Sequence record: KT919973.1
Length of the DNA: 64,000 nucleotides
Direction: 5' to 3' (one strand)
Shown here: positions 47,256 through 55,072 of the stretch, piece by piece
Layout: each line of letters opens with the position of its first letter
How positions within the stretch are numbered: the first letter of the stretch is position 1
Program-made: the position numbers and the translations under genes
Notes under the pieces: generated by a model
The model's database searches: none
What the model was told of the DNA's origin: nothing
The model's input: only the letters and a program-made list of their open reading frames with translations

Positions 47256-47533
47256 GTTTTGAAACAAAGATTGTCTGTTACGGTGCACTTGTAACTGAAG
47301 TTGAGCATGGTTGGGGCACTCGACCAGATGGTTACATCATCGCGAAAAGCGAAGCTGAAGTGCTGAAAAAAGGTGCTGAAATGCGAGAAATTGCAGCAAA
47401 AGCGAAGTACGGCTATGAATATATCGGTGATGTATTTACATTCGAACCAACTCAAAAAGCTATCGAAGAGTTGACCAACCGCGAGTTCATTTGGACTGGT
47501 CGTGACTTCTCTGAATGGGGTAAACGAATTTAA
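47252..47533 (+). CDS. Hypothetical protein
   Basis: 93 aa; EVEHGWGTRPDGY. Confidence 0.7.
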   Translation: MSFETKIVCYGALVTEVEHGWGTRPDGYIIAKSEAEVLKKGAEMREIAAKAKYGYEYIGDVFTFEPTQKAIEELTNREFIWTGRDFSEWGKRI

Positions 47534-47540
47534 AAAGATT

Positions 47541-47586
47541 GTGAAACTAGTTTAATATCAACGACATGATGCTATACTAGTTTCAC
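47541..47586. promoter_or_regulatory. 11-bp inverted repeat flanking a -10-like element
   Basis: GTGAAACTAGT-24 nt-ACTAGTTTCAC, with TATACT at 47573. Confidence 0.5.
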
Positions 47587-47662
47587 ATTGCAGCGATGTA
47601 CTGCAATTCACGTCTGGTTAGGTTGTACAGATAAAAATAAAACTTAAAAATATAGGTATAAA

Positions 47663-47791
47663 ATGAAAAAACTTTGGCTTTCATTAGCATTGTTATGTTC
47701 TACTGCGTCAACGACAGCGGCTACATTCACGGGACTACCGGCTGAAGGTGTCAAAACACCGAGTCCTTTAATTAAAGAGTCGCCACTCTAA
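47663..47791 (+). CDS. 42-aa ORF with a Sec-type signal peptide (not in the ORF track)
   Basis: MKKLWLSLALLCSTASTTAA/TFTGLPAEGVKTPSPLIKESPL; AGGT RBS. Confidence 0.5.
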   Translation: MKKLWLSLALLCSTASTTAATFTGLPAEGVKTPSPLIKESPL

Positions 47792-47803
47792 AACGAGGTT
47801 ATT

Positions 47804-47983
47804 ATGAGAAAGCATGAAATACGAGATATGGTTGAACGTCAAGGGTTCATTCTGAACGAAGAAATTGACGAACACAATCAATCACTCTGGCAGATAAAAG
47901 ACAACGGTCAAGTTGTTTACGAATCGTATAATGAATATTGCCTTGAGGCATTTCTCAAAGGTGTTAGATATTCAGAACAGTAA
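47804..47983 (+). CDS. Hypothetical 59-aa protein (not in the ORF track)
   Basis: GAGG RBS; followed by an AAGCGCC-TTTAT-GGCGCTT hairpin and T tract. Confidence 0.6.
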   Translation: MRKHEIRDMVERQGFILNEEIDEHNQSLWQIKDNGQVVYESYNEYCLEAFLKGVRYSEQ

Positions 47984-48012
47984 GCGCCTTTATGGCGCTT
48001 TTTGAGGTTATT

Positions 48013-48318
48013 ATGAGACGACAAATCAATAGAATGAAAAACGATAATGGTGATTTCGAGCGTTATATGCGCACGCAAGCAGCTAGATACGCTCGAAGAG
48101 AGATCATCAACAATATAGCCGATGACAATGACATCTTCTTAGTCGGTTCTTACACGATGTACAAAGATTGTGATGAAAAGGTTGTTCTTCAGCTTGTACG
48201 ATACGCAGGTTACGAGCGTGCTGAAGTTAAAGCAGTGCCGATTGTCGGTAGTCTTGTTGATTGTGTTAATGTCATTCACGGTGTTGGGTTTAGAGTGGTG
48301 CTAAATAATGATAGTTAA
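48013..48318 (+). CDS. Hypothetical protein
   Basis: ATG at 48013 after GAGG. Confidence 0.65.
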   Translation: MRRQINRMKNDNGDFERYMRTQAARYARREIINNIADDNDIFLVGSYTMYKDCDEKVVLQLVRYAGYERAEVKAVPIVGSLVDCVNVIHGVGFRVVLNNDS

Positions 48319-48592
48319 CATTGCTCATCATTCTTTTGATGTGTACATTGGTCGCGGCACCCCGTTTGGGAACCCATTTAAATCAGGGATTGACGGTACT
48401 CGAAGCGAAGTTATTGAGCTTTATCGCGAGTGGTTACGCATTCAATTACAAGACGACGAATTTAAAAAGCAGTTTATGCAACTAAAAGGAAAGATTCTCG
48501 CCTGTCATTGTAAGCCTAAAGCGTGTCATGGTGATGTAATATTAGAAGAACTTGATAGATTGAGCAGCCCATTAAACAATTTTATAGGTTAA
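48308..48592 (+). CDS. DUF4326-family protein
   Basis: DVYIGRGTPFGNPF...LKGK.LACHCKPKACHGDV. Confidence 0.85.
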   Translation: MIVNIAHHSFDVYIGRGTPFGNPFKSGIDGTRSEVIELYREWLRIQLQDDEFKKQFMQLKGKILACHCKPKACHGDVILEELDRLSSPLNNFIG

Positions 48593-48595
48593 TCT

Positions 48596-48889
48596 ATGAG
48601 AGAAGCAATTGCATTATTGAAAAACACGAAGATGAGTTATACGGACATTAGCGCATTCGGCGACCCCGTAGTATATGTTCATGCAGGCCATGAAACGATT
48701 TTAAAGGTAGAATACACTGAAGATTGCTACTCATTTTTCGATTACAGAAGCAAGTATCTCTATACTGAACAGTCAATCGACGACTTAGAAATACATTTAA
48801 AATCAATAGATGTCGGTCTTGATGATGATCTACCATTGAATGGTAATATCGACAAAGACACGATACCAGACGGGGAATTTTTAGAGTGA
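48596..48889 (+). CDS. Hypothetical acidic protein
   Basis: 97-aa ORF. Confidence 0.65.
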   Translation: MREAIALLKNTKMSYTDISAFGDPVVYVHAGHETILKVEYTEDCYSFFDYRSKYLYTEQSIDDLEIHLKSIDVGLDDDLPLNGNIDKDTIPDGEFLE

Positions 48890-49335
48890 AATTTAGCGAA
48901 TATCAAAACGAGCTAACAGAAGCATTTGATCGACCAGCACAGATCACAGCACGACGTGGCAATAAGAGCTTTTTTAACGTCGGTGACAAACGTTACATCG
49001 TCGAACTCGCATATGAAGAATACGATAAATCTATAAATGTTGAGTTTATGTATATGTCCCCAGAATCACCAACATGGAGCTATAATCTCGCGAAAGGCGA
49101 TGCTAGAGACGCGATTACAGTTTTTGCAACTGTTATATCTGAAATTGAAGAATTAATGCGTAGCAAAGATGTAAATTATATACATTTCAACGCATTTAGC
49201 GATTCGAACGCGGATGATTATCGTAAGAGACTTAGTGTATACAAACGTATTGCAAAACGATTTGCTGATGAACTTGGGTTTAAGGTTGTGTATGACATGG
49301 GTTCTATTTCACTTGAAAGATTGGATAAAAGGTAG
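48886..49335 (+). CDS. Putative virion internal protein, EAFD-domain family (domain only)
   Basis: MKFSEYQNELTE/AFDR; aligns by eye with the N-termini of 50266, 49344 and 13417. Confidence 0.65.
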   Translation: MKFSEYQNELTEAFDRPAQITARRGNKSFFNVGDKRYIVELAYEEYDKSINVEFMYMSPESPTWSYNLAKGDARDAITVFATVISEIEELMRSKDVNYIHFNAFSDSNADDYRKRLSVYKRIAKRFADELGFKVVYDMGSISLERLDKR

Positions 49336-49343
49336 AGTTTAAA

Positions 49344-50264
49344 ATGAAATTTAGCGAATATCAAAGACTCAACGAGTCGTTAGATCGACCAGCGAAATAT
49401 AAACTCGTCCGAGAGTTACCAAATTTAAACGTGTATGCGTTTCAAGTTGATGGTGTTTATTATGAAATAGACATACAGAAAGGCATTATACGTGAACCGA
49501 ACGGGATGAAGTCGATTAAGGCTGAGGTGTCGTTCAAAGCTCTTGATGGTAGCGGTTATAATCTAACTAAGAAAGATGATAAAACAGCACGAGTCGTATT
49601 ATCAACGGTTGTCGATGCGATTTTCAGTTTTGTTAGAGACAATTCACCTGCTCAAATAACATATAGCGCGTTCAATGACGCTGATCAGCGTGATGCAGAT
49701 AAACGTCTCAGACTGTATAAGATCATGACAAAGGCGAAACTTAGAGAATTCCCTCAGTATGATTACAGAAACGTAGGTCGTGAATTTATTGTGTATGATG
49801 TGGGTTATCAACAACGTGTAGATGACTTTTCACGTCGAGCACGTCGTCCAGTCGGGTTTGAAGAACATAGCGACCATGTTGAAGTTAATTTATCTCACGC
49901 CAATGCATATGCATTTGTAAGAGCGTTTGAAGTTGAAGATGGTTCGATGATTAGTGGTGTTCTAGGGCAAGGTCGTGCAGTTGTAAAAGCGGCTGACGAA
50001 ATTGCAGCTAGGTTACGTGTAAATCGCGTTGTGTATGAAATGTCGGACAGGGAAGGTTGGTTAGCAGCACTACAGCACCCAATTTTCGACTATGGCGAGG
50101 GTCCCGAAGAAGATAGAACATATCTGGTTGGTGCATTCAAGAACTTCTATATCGTCTTGACTAGTCAAACAAGTCTAAAAATATACACCGACGATGCGGC
50201 GTTTACCAAATACGTGAATGCATTCGACGCGCCGTGGTTAAACCCAGAAATAATGGAATCTTAA
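49344..50264 (+). CDS. Putative virion internal protein, EAFD-domain family
   Basis: MKFSEYQRLNE/SLDR; shared domain plus variable C-terminal half. Confidence 0.65.
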   Translation: MKFSEYQRLNESLDRPAKYKLVRELPNLNVYAFQVDGVYYEIDIQKGIIREPNGMKSIKAEVSFKALDGSGYNLTKKDDKTARVVLSTVVDAIFSFVRDNSPAQITYSAFNDADQRDADKRLRLYKIMTKAKLREFPQYDYRNVGREFIVYDVGYQQRVDDFSRRARRPVGFEEHSDHVEVNLSHANAYAFVRAFEVEDGSMISGVLGQGRAVVKAADEIAARLRVNRVVYEMSDREGWLAALQHPIFDYGEGPEEDRTYLVGAFKNFYIVLTSQTSLKIYTDDAAFTKYVNAFDAPWLNPEIMES

Positions 50265-50265
50265 A

Positions 50266-51141
50266 ATGAAATTTAGCGAATATCAAAACGAACTAACAGA
50301 AGCGTTTAACCGCGCTGCACCCATAACAGCACGACGTGGTAATCAGAGTTACTTCGAAATAGACGGCGCTGAGTATATGATTGGTCTGTATTATGAAGAA
50401 GATCGCAAAGCTCTAGGCGTGGATTTTATGCATAAGCCAACGGGTGCAATGTCTTACAATTACAGCCTAGCAAAGGGTGATTCTAAAGACGCGATGACTG
50501 TTTTCGCCACGGTTATTTCTGAAATTAAGCACGTGATGCAAAACAACATCGTAAATCGAATCACATTCGCAGCATTTAATGACACAAATCGTTCTGATTC
50601 CCGTAAGCGTACTCGATTATACAAAAGAATGGCTGAACGATTTGCCAAAGATTTAGGTTTCAAATTGAGAGTATCAAATGAATCTGAAGGTGCGTCATTC
50701 GTGATGGAACGAATCGTTCCTATTGAAGACCCAAAGCCTGTTTACACTGATAACCCGACTGGTTATGATACAGAAATGGGAACTGAATTGCTCGATTTAC
50801 CTACAATTAACGACGCTGCTATTGTTAAAGTAACGGGTGGTGATGGTATTTGGTATCTTCGTGGCGGTCACTCGTTAAACATCGAAGCTGGTATTGTTGA
50901 ACTTTCGGCAGGTAGCATCAATGATGATGTTGCTTGGTATAAATCATTTTACACGTTAGAGTGGTATTATGAACCTGAAGACGAGCTTTTCTACGATGAT
51001 GAGCAACGTATAGCAATGATTTCTGGTAAGATCTGGGTAATCAATGGAAATGAGATCACCGTTTGGAGTGATGTTAGTTCTCTTGAAGCCCAAAGTGATT
51101 CGAAATTGAGTCAAACAACGTTAGAACGAATTGGTGCTTAA
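50266..51141 (+). CDS. Putative virion internal protein, EAFD-domain family
   Basis: MKFSEYQNELTE/AFNR; shared domain plus variable C-terminal half. Confidence 0.65.
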   Translation: MKFSEYQNELTEAFNRAAPITARRGNQSYFEIDGAEYMIGLYYEEDRKALGVDFMHKPTGAMSYNYSLAKGDSKDAMTVFATVISEIKHVMQNNIVNRITFAAFNDTNRSDSRKRTRLYKRMAERFAKDLGFKLRVSNESEGASFVMERIVPIEDPKPVYTDNPTGYDTEMGTELLDLPTINDAAIVKVTGGDGIWYLRGGHSLNIEAGIVELSAGSINDDVAWYKSFYTLEWYYEPEDELFYDDEQRIAMISGKIWVINGNEITVWSDVSSLEAQSDSKLSQTTLERIGA

Positions 51142-51152
51142 ATTAAATACAG

Positions 51153-51177
51153 AAAGGTAGCTTCGGCTACCTTTTTT
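51153..51177 (+). terminator. Rho-independent terminator with a UUCG tetraloop
   Basis: AAAGGTAGC-TTCG-GCTACCTTT followed by TTT. Confidence 0.85.
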
Positions 51178-51198
51178 CGTTTTAGAGCAAAAAAACGG

Positions 51199-51270
51199 TT
51201 GCATGAATTTCACGAAACGCCTATTATAGCTACATCGAAACGACATCGACTAACAAAGAGAGAGAACATT
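51199..51270 (+). promoter_or_regulatory. Early promoter with conserved leader
   Basis: TTGCAT-17 nt-TATTAT; 41 bp identical to 37320-37360. Confidence 0.8.
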
Positions 51271-51465
51271 ATGAAAGCACGCATCAATCAAGGTTTTGGC
51301 AAATACACTGAAGTTGAAATCGTTTCACACGACGAAAACTCAGTAAACCGTCTTGGTAACAAAGACAACTACACTGTTAGAATCACAGGCGGTGTTGACT
51401 GTTTCGGCAAACCTGCTAAAATCGGGGCTGTTCAGACAGTTCAAGCATCAAACATCGAATTTTAA
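51271..51465 (+). CDS. Hypothetical early protein
   Basis: ATG at 51271 after the leader. Confidence 0.7.
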   Translation: MKARINQGFGKYTEVEIVSHDENSVNRLGNKDNYTVRITGGVDCFGKPAKIGAVQTVQASNIEF

Positions 51466-51477
51466 GAGGTAACAAAC

Positions 51478-51777
51478 ATGGATATTACTGGTAAGTTAGA
51501 ACTATCAATGAAGCAGTTTGTGAACACAGGGTTCAACCCGAATAAAACTCACATTCTAGTTGGTCAAGCAAGCGGTCACTCAATCGAGCGATTCAATGAC
51601 GCAGGCGAAATCATGACTTCTAATGTCATGTATGTTGAAATCAATGGCGGTATTGTGTATGCTGTGACGCACTCTAAGAGTCGTTATCAACTAACCAACG
51701 TGTCTTTTGACGAGATTACGCAAATGATTAAAGACGCTGCTGAACGCGGTATTAACATTCCGCTTTACAACAACTAG
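51478..51777 (+). CDS. Hypothetical protein
   Basis: 99 aa, GAGGT RBS. Confidence 0.7.
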   Translation: MDITGKLELSMKQFVNTGFNPNKTHILVGQASGHSIERFNDAGEIMTSNVMYVEINGGIVYAVTHSKSRYQLTNVSFDEITQMIKDAAERGINIPLYNN

Positions 51778-51838
51778 AAATTCTGCTTTAATACAAACGA
51801 ATTCACTATTTTTGATTACTTTTTGAGAGAAATATATT

Positions 51839-52156
51839 ATGACTACATTCAACGTTAACTTCACTGCTGCAATCGAACTTACTTCTAAAGAATTCGTTGA
51901 GACGAATCGCATCAAAGGTCGTTTCTTCAATTCAATGGTTGGTCATGAGCAAGGCGAGCACGCATTAACTGCGCCGATTGAATCATTCAAAGTAATCGAC
52001 AACAAAGTATACGCAGAGACGCGCAACGCAGTATATCACATTCGTAACCTATCTGCTGTTGCTCTTGCTGACTTCAACACAATCAACGCACCAGTTTACG
52101 TAAAAAAAGCTGATGCGCAGTTTGATGAACTAGTTAAATCTGCTCTGTTATCGTAA
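51839..52156 (+). CDS. Hypothetical protein
   Basis: 105 aa, GAGAG RBS. Confidence 0.7.
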   Translation: MTTFNVNFTAAIELTSKEFVETNRIKGRFFNSMVGHEQGEHALTAPIESFKVIDNKVYAETRNAVYHIRNLSAVALADFNTINAPVYVKKADAQFDELVKSALLS

Positions 52157-52608
52157 TGTACCCGAAGAATAAAAGCTATTATGACTTGGTGTATCTTGAC
52201 ATCGCCAAGTCATTTGCTAAGAAAAGCACCTGCAAGCAGAAGCAAGTAGGTGCTGTCATCGTCAAGAATGATCGTATTATCTCACACGGTTACAATGGTG
52301 TTCCTGCGGGTGTGACACACTGTAACAAAATCGAAGACTATGGCGATTTATCACATCGCGAATGGTCAGAAATTCACGAGATACATGCGGAACAAAACGC
52401 GATTTGCTACGCTGCACGCGCTGGCATATCTACTGAAGGCGCGACTATGTATGTTACAACGTCGCCGTGTCATAACTGTGCCAAGCTGATAGTCGCGGCT
52501 GGTATCAAAATTCTCATTGTAGGTTCGATTTACAGCGGTTCACAACCCGATTGGTGGCATTGGCTAGATGCTCGTGGTGTGAAAGTTATTATGTTCGAAG
52601 ACGAATAA
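52156..52608 (+). CDS. cd: dCMP deaminase
   Basis: STC...VGAVIV, GYNG, HAEQNAI and SPCHNC. Confidence 0.93.
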   Translation: MYPKNKSYYDLVYLDIAKSFAKKSTCKQKQVGAVIVKNDRIISHGYNGVPAGVTHCNKIEDYGDLSHREWSEIHEIHAEQNAICYAARAGISTEGATMYVTTSPCHNCAKLIVAAGIKILIVGSIYSGSQPDWWHWLDARGVKVIMFEDE

Positions 52609-52662
52609 TGTTTAATATAAGTAATTCGGACTTATAATAGAGCTTTAACAAGAGAGAAACAT

Positions 52663-53595
52663 ATGAAAAGTACAATGTTTTTAAACAACATCACATGCAT
52701 CGATCACGCATACGTTGATGAAAACGGTAAAATTAACGGTATGAGTTACAATCTATGTGTTGAAATCACCGGCGAAGTAGATGAAACTGAGCAAGTCGTA
52801 ATTGACTTCAGCGGTTGCAAGAAAGCGATCAAGCAGTTAGTAGACGAATCTGAACACGCAATTGATCACCGTCTAGTTCTTGTCAACGGATACAGTGAAT
52901 ATGTGTTAAGCGATATTGAAAATCGTGACCGTACACAAATCGACTCTCCGTTATTCACTGCTGTTTCGTCTGTCAATGACTGGTATCAAGAGATCGTCGA
53001 TGTATCGCTATTCGATACTGATCTTCACATCCCGTCGGATACGCTGTACATGAACTATCTAACCGAGTATCTTGAAAATATGTTGCTGAAGCAGCTTAAA
53101 CTACAAGGCTATCCGGTCACACACGTCACTGTAGAGCTTTCAGAGAGCTTTGACTTGCCATCATGGGCAAACACGCACGTTTCATTTCATTACGCTCATG
53201 GCTTGCGTTCTAGCTCTTCTTATGGGTGTCAGAACATTGCACATGGACATCGTTCGTTCATTGCAGTTGATGCCATGTTAAACAGTCGTGGTCGCAAAGT
53301 ACTGGAGCGCATTGCTGAAGAAATGAGCGGCTACATCGTATGGAACGACAATCTAACTGCGGAAGGTGCGGTAGCGTATTGTTCACAGCGTGGTAATTTC
53401 TATTTGAACATCGATTCAGAAGAAACAATCGTAATCAACACTGAAACTACAGTTGAAAATCTCGCGAACTACATTGCAAAAACATACGAAGACGAGTTTC
53501 AGCGTATGGGTGTACAGCGTGTATGGGTATCTGAAGGTCTTTCGAAAGGCGCAGTCGTTGACATCAAAATCAACAAAGAATTACTCTATAAGTAA
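52663..53595 (+). CDS. queD: QueD-like 6-carboxytetrahydropterin synthase (double-length)
   Basis: DHAY, VVIDFS, DHRL, CQNIAHGH, TTVEN and SEG T-fold motifs; adjacent to folE. Confidence 0.75.
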   Translation: MKSTMFLNNITCIDHAYVDENGKINGMSYNLCVEITGEVDETEQVVIDFSGCKKAIKQLVDESEHAIDHRLVLVNGYSEYVLSDIENRDRTQIDSPLFTAVSSVNDWYQEIVDVSLFDTDLHIPSDTLYMNYLTEYLENMLLKQLKLQGYPVTHVTVELSESFDLPSWANTHVSFHYAHGLRSSSSYGCQNIAHGHRSFIAVDAMLNSRGRKVLERIAEEMSGYIVWNDNLTAEGAVAYCSQRGNFYLNIDSEETIVINTETTVENLANYIAKTYEDEFQRMGVQRVWVSEGLSKGAVVDIKINKELLYK

Positions 53596-53662
53596 TCAAC
53601 AATTAATGTTTAGTAGCACGCTTCGGCGTGCTATTATTGTTTTCTGACTAAGAGGAAATAGA

Positions 53663-54337
53663 ATGTTAGACAAAAATAAAGTAGATCCAATTCTTGGACA
53701 AAAAGTTGAAGCGCATCTTCGTGAAATCGGAATGCACACGCCGACTGTTGAAAACGGTCTAACTGATGATGAAAAGAAAGTAATTCTTGAAGATCGATTC
53801 ACTGACATCATGCAAGCTCTAGGTCTTGACCTTACTGACGATTCGCTTGTTGATACACCGAAGCGTTGGGCTAAGATGATGGTCAATGAACTCATGAGCG
53901 GTCTATCACCAGATATGTTCCCTAAATGTACTGCTGTAGACAACAAAATGAACTACGATCAGATGGTTTGTGAAAAAGGCATTACTGTTCTTTCACAATG
54001 TGAGCATCACATCGTAACAATCGACGGCTTTGCAACAGTCGCATATATCCCAAATAAGAAAGTACTTGGTCTTTCTAAGATGAATCGCATCGTCGAGTAC
54101 TTTGCTCGACGCCCACAGATTCAAGAGCGTTTGACTGTTCAAATCGCTGAAGCACTGAAGTTCATTCTTGAAACTGAAGACGTGGCGGTGATGTTAGACT
54201 GCAAACATTATTGTGTCAAAGCGCGTGGTGTTGAAGACAACAACTCAAGTACTGTTACAAGTCATCTATCAGGTGCGTTTAGAAATGAGCCTGAAGCACG
54301 AGCAGAATTTATGTCTCTTGCTCGTTCACAGGCGTAA
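53663..54337 (+). CDS. folE: GTP cyclohydrolase I
   Basis: DTPKR, SQCEHH, GLSKMNR, RPQIQERLT and HYCVKARGV. Confidence 0.96.
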   Translation: MLDKNKVDPILGQKVEAHLREIGMHTPTVENGLTDDEKKVILEDRFTDIMQALGLDLTDDSLVDTPKRWAKMMVNELMSGLSPDMFPKCTAVDNKMNYDQMVCEKGITVLSQCEHHIVTIDGFATVAYIPNKKVLGLSKMNRIVEYFARRPQIQERLTVQIAEALKFILETEDVAVMLDCKHYCVKARGVEDNNSSTVTSHLSGAFRNEPEARAEFMSLARSQA

Positions 54338-55010
54338 CGTACCAATCTTTGAACTTAGCCGATGTGTATTTCACGCATCGGTTATACACAGTAACATTAG
54401 TGGTATTATTAGCTTCGGCTGCTAAACGAGACGATTCAAACACCCCGTTTGGCGTGTGAAATAGATACTTCGATTGCGGGTTTTGACTCCCGACTTTAGA
54501 CTTAGCGAGTTTTCGCTTATGTTCTTCAGTTTTTGTCGTTCCCTTCAGAACACCTTTGCTCTTCGCAACATATTCACCACGAAGATAGCGTTCGTCGTCA
54601 ACTCGAATGTATTCAGTTTCACCAGTAGCAATGCATATCGCAGCAAACTTACCTATATGATGCTTTGCAGCATCTTTTCTAGCATCTTTTGTCATCGACT
54701 CAAATAGCCTAGAGTTCATATTGAACTCGCGTTGCTGTGAGCCGTTCGACATATTGAATGCTGTTAGTGCAAACTTCAGGCGATGTTTCAAATTTCCATT
54801 GAACATTTTAGCCAATAGCAAATGAGCTATATAATGCTCACGTGCTGTCAATCGCACTAGGTTATGTGATTCATCACTACCACCCGCACATTTAGGTAAA
54901 ATGTGATGTTTTTCACTATAGCCGTCGGGTGTGTTTTGAATTCGATTCTCGATTAGAGAAATGTACCATTTCGTGTATTTGTTTAGTATAAGATTGTCGT
55001 GTGTTAACAT
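54309..55010 (-). mobile_element. Free-standing HNH homing endonuclease (Mob-like)
   Basis: EKHHILPKC.GGSDE..NLVRLTAREHYIAH; NUMOD3-like TEEHKRKL; C-terminal FESSRLAAEA helix; antisense to the cluster. Confidence 0.9.
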
Positions 55011-55043
55011 TGTACTCTCTTTAAATAAGCATTACTGTGTTAA

Positions 55044-55051
55044 TATTTATA
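55044..55051 (-). promoter_or_regulatory. T4-type late promoter for the HNH gene
   Basis: Exact TATAAATA on the minus strand, 33 nt before the ATG. Confidence 0.75.
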
Positions 55052-55072
55052 ATTTTTAAGACGAGGTTCACA

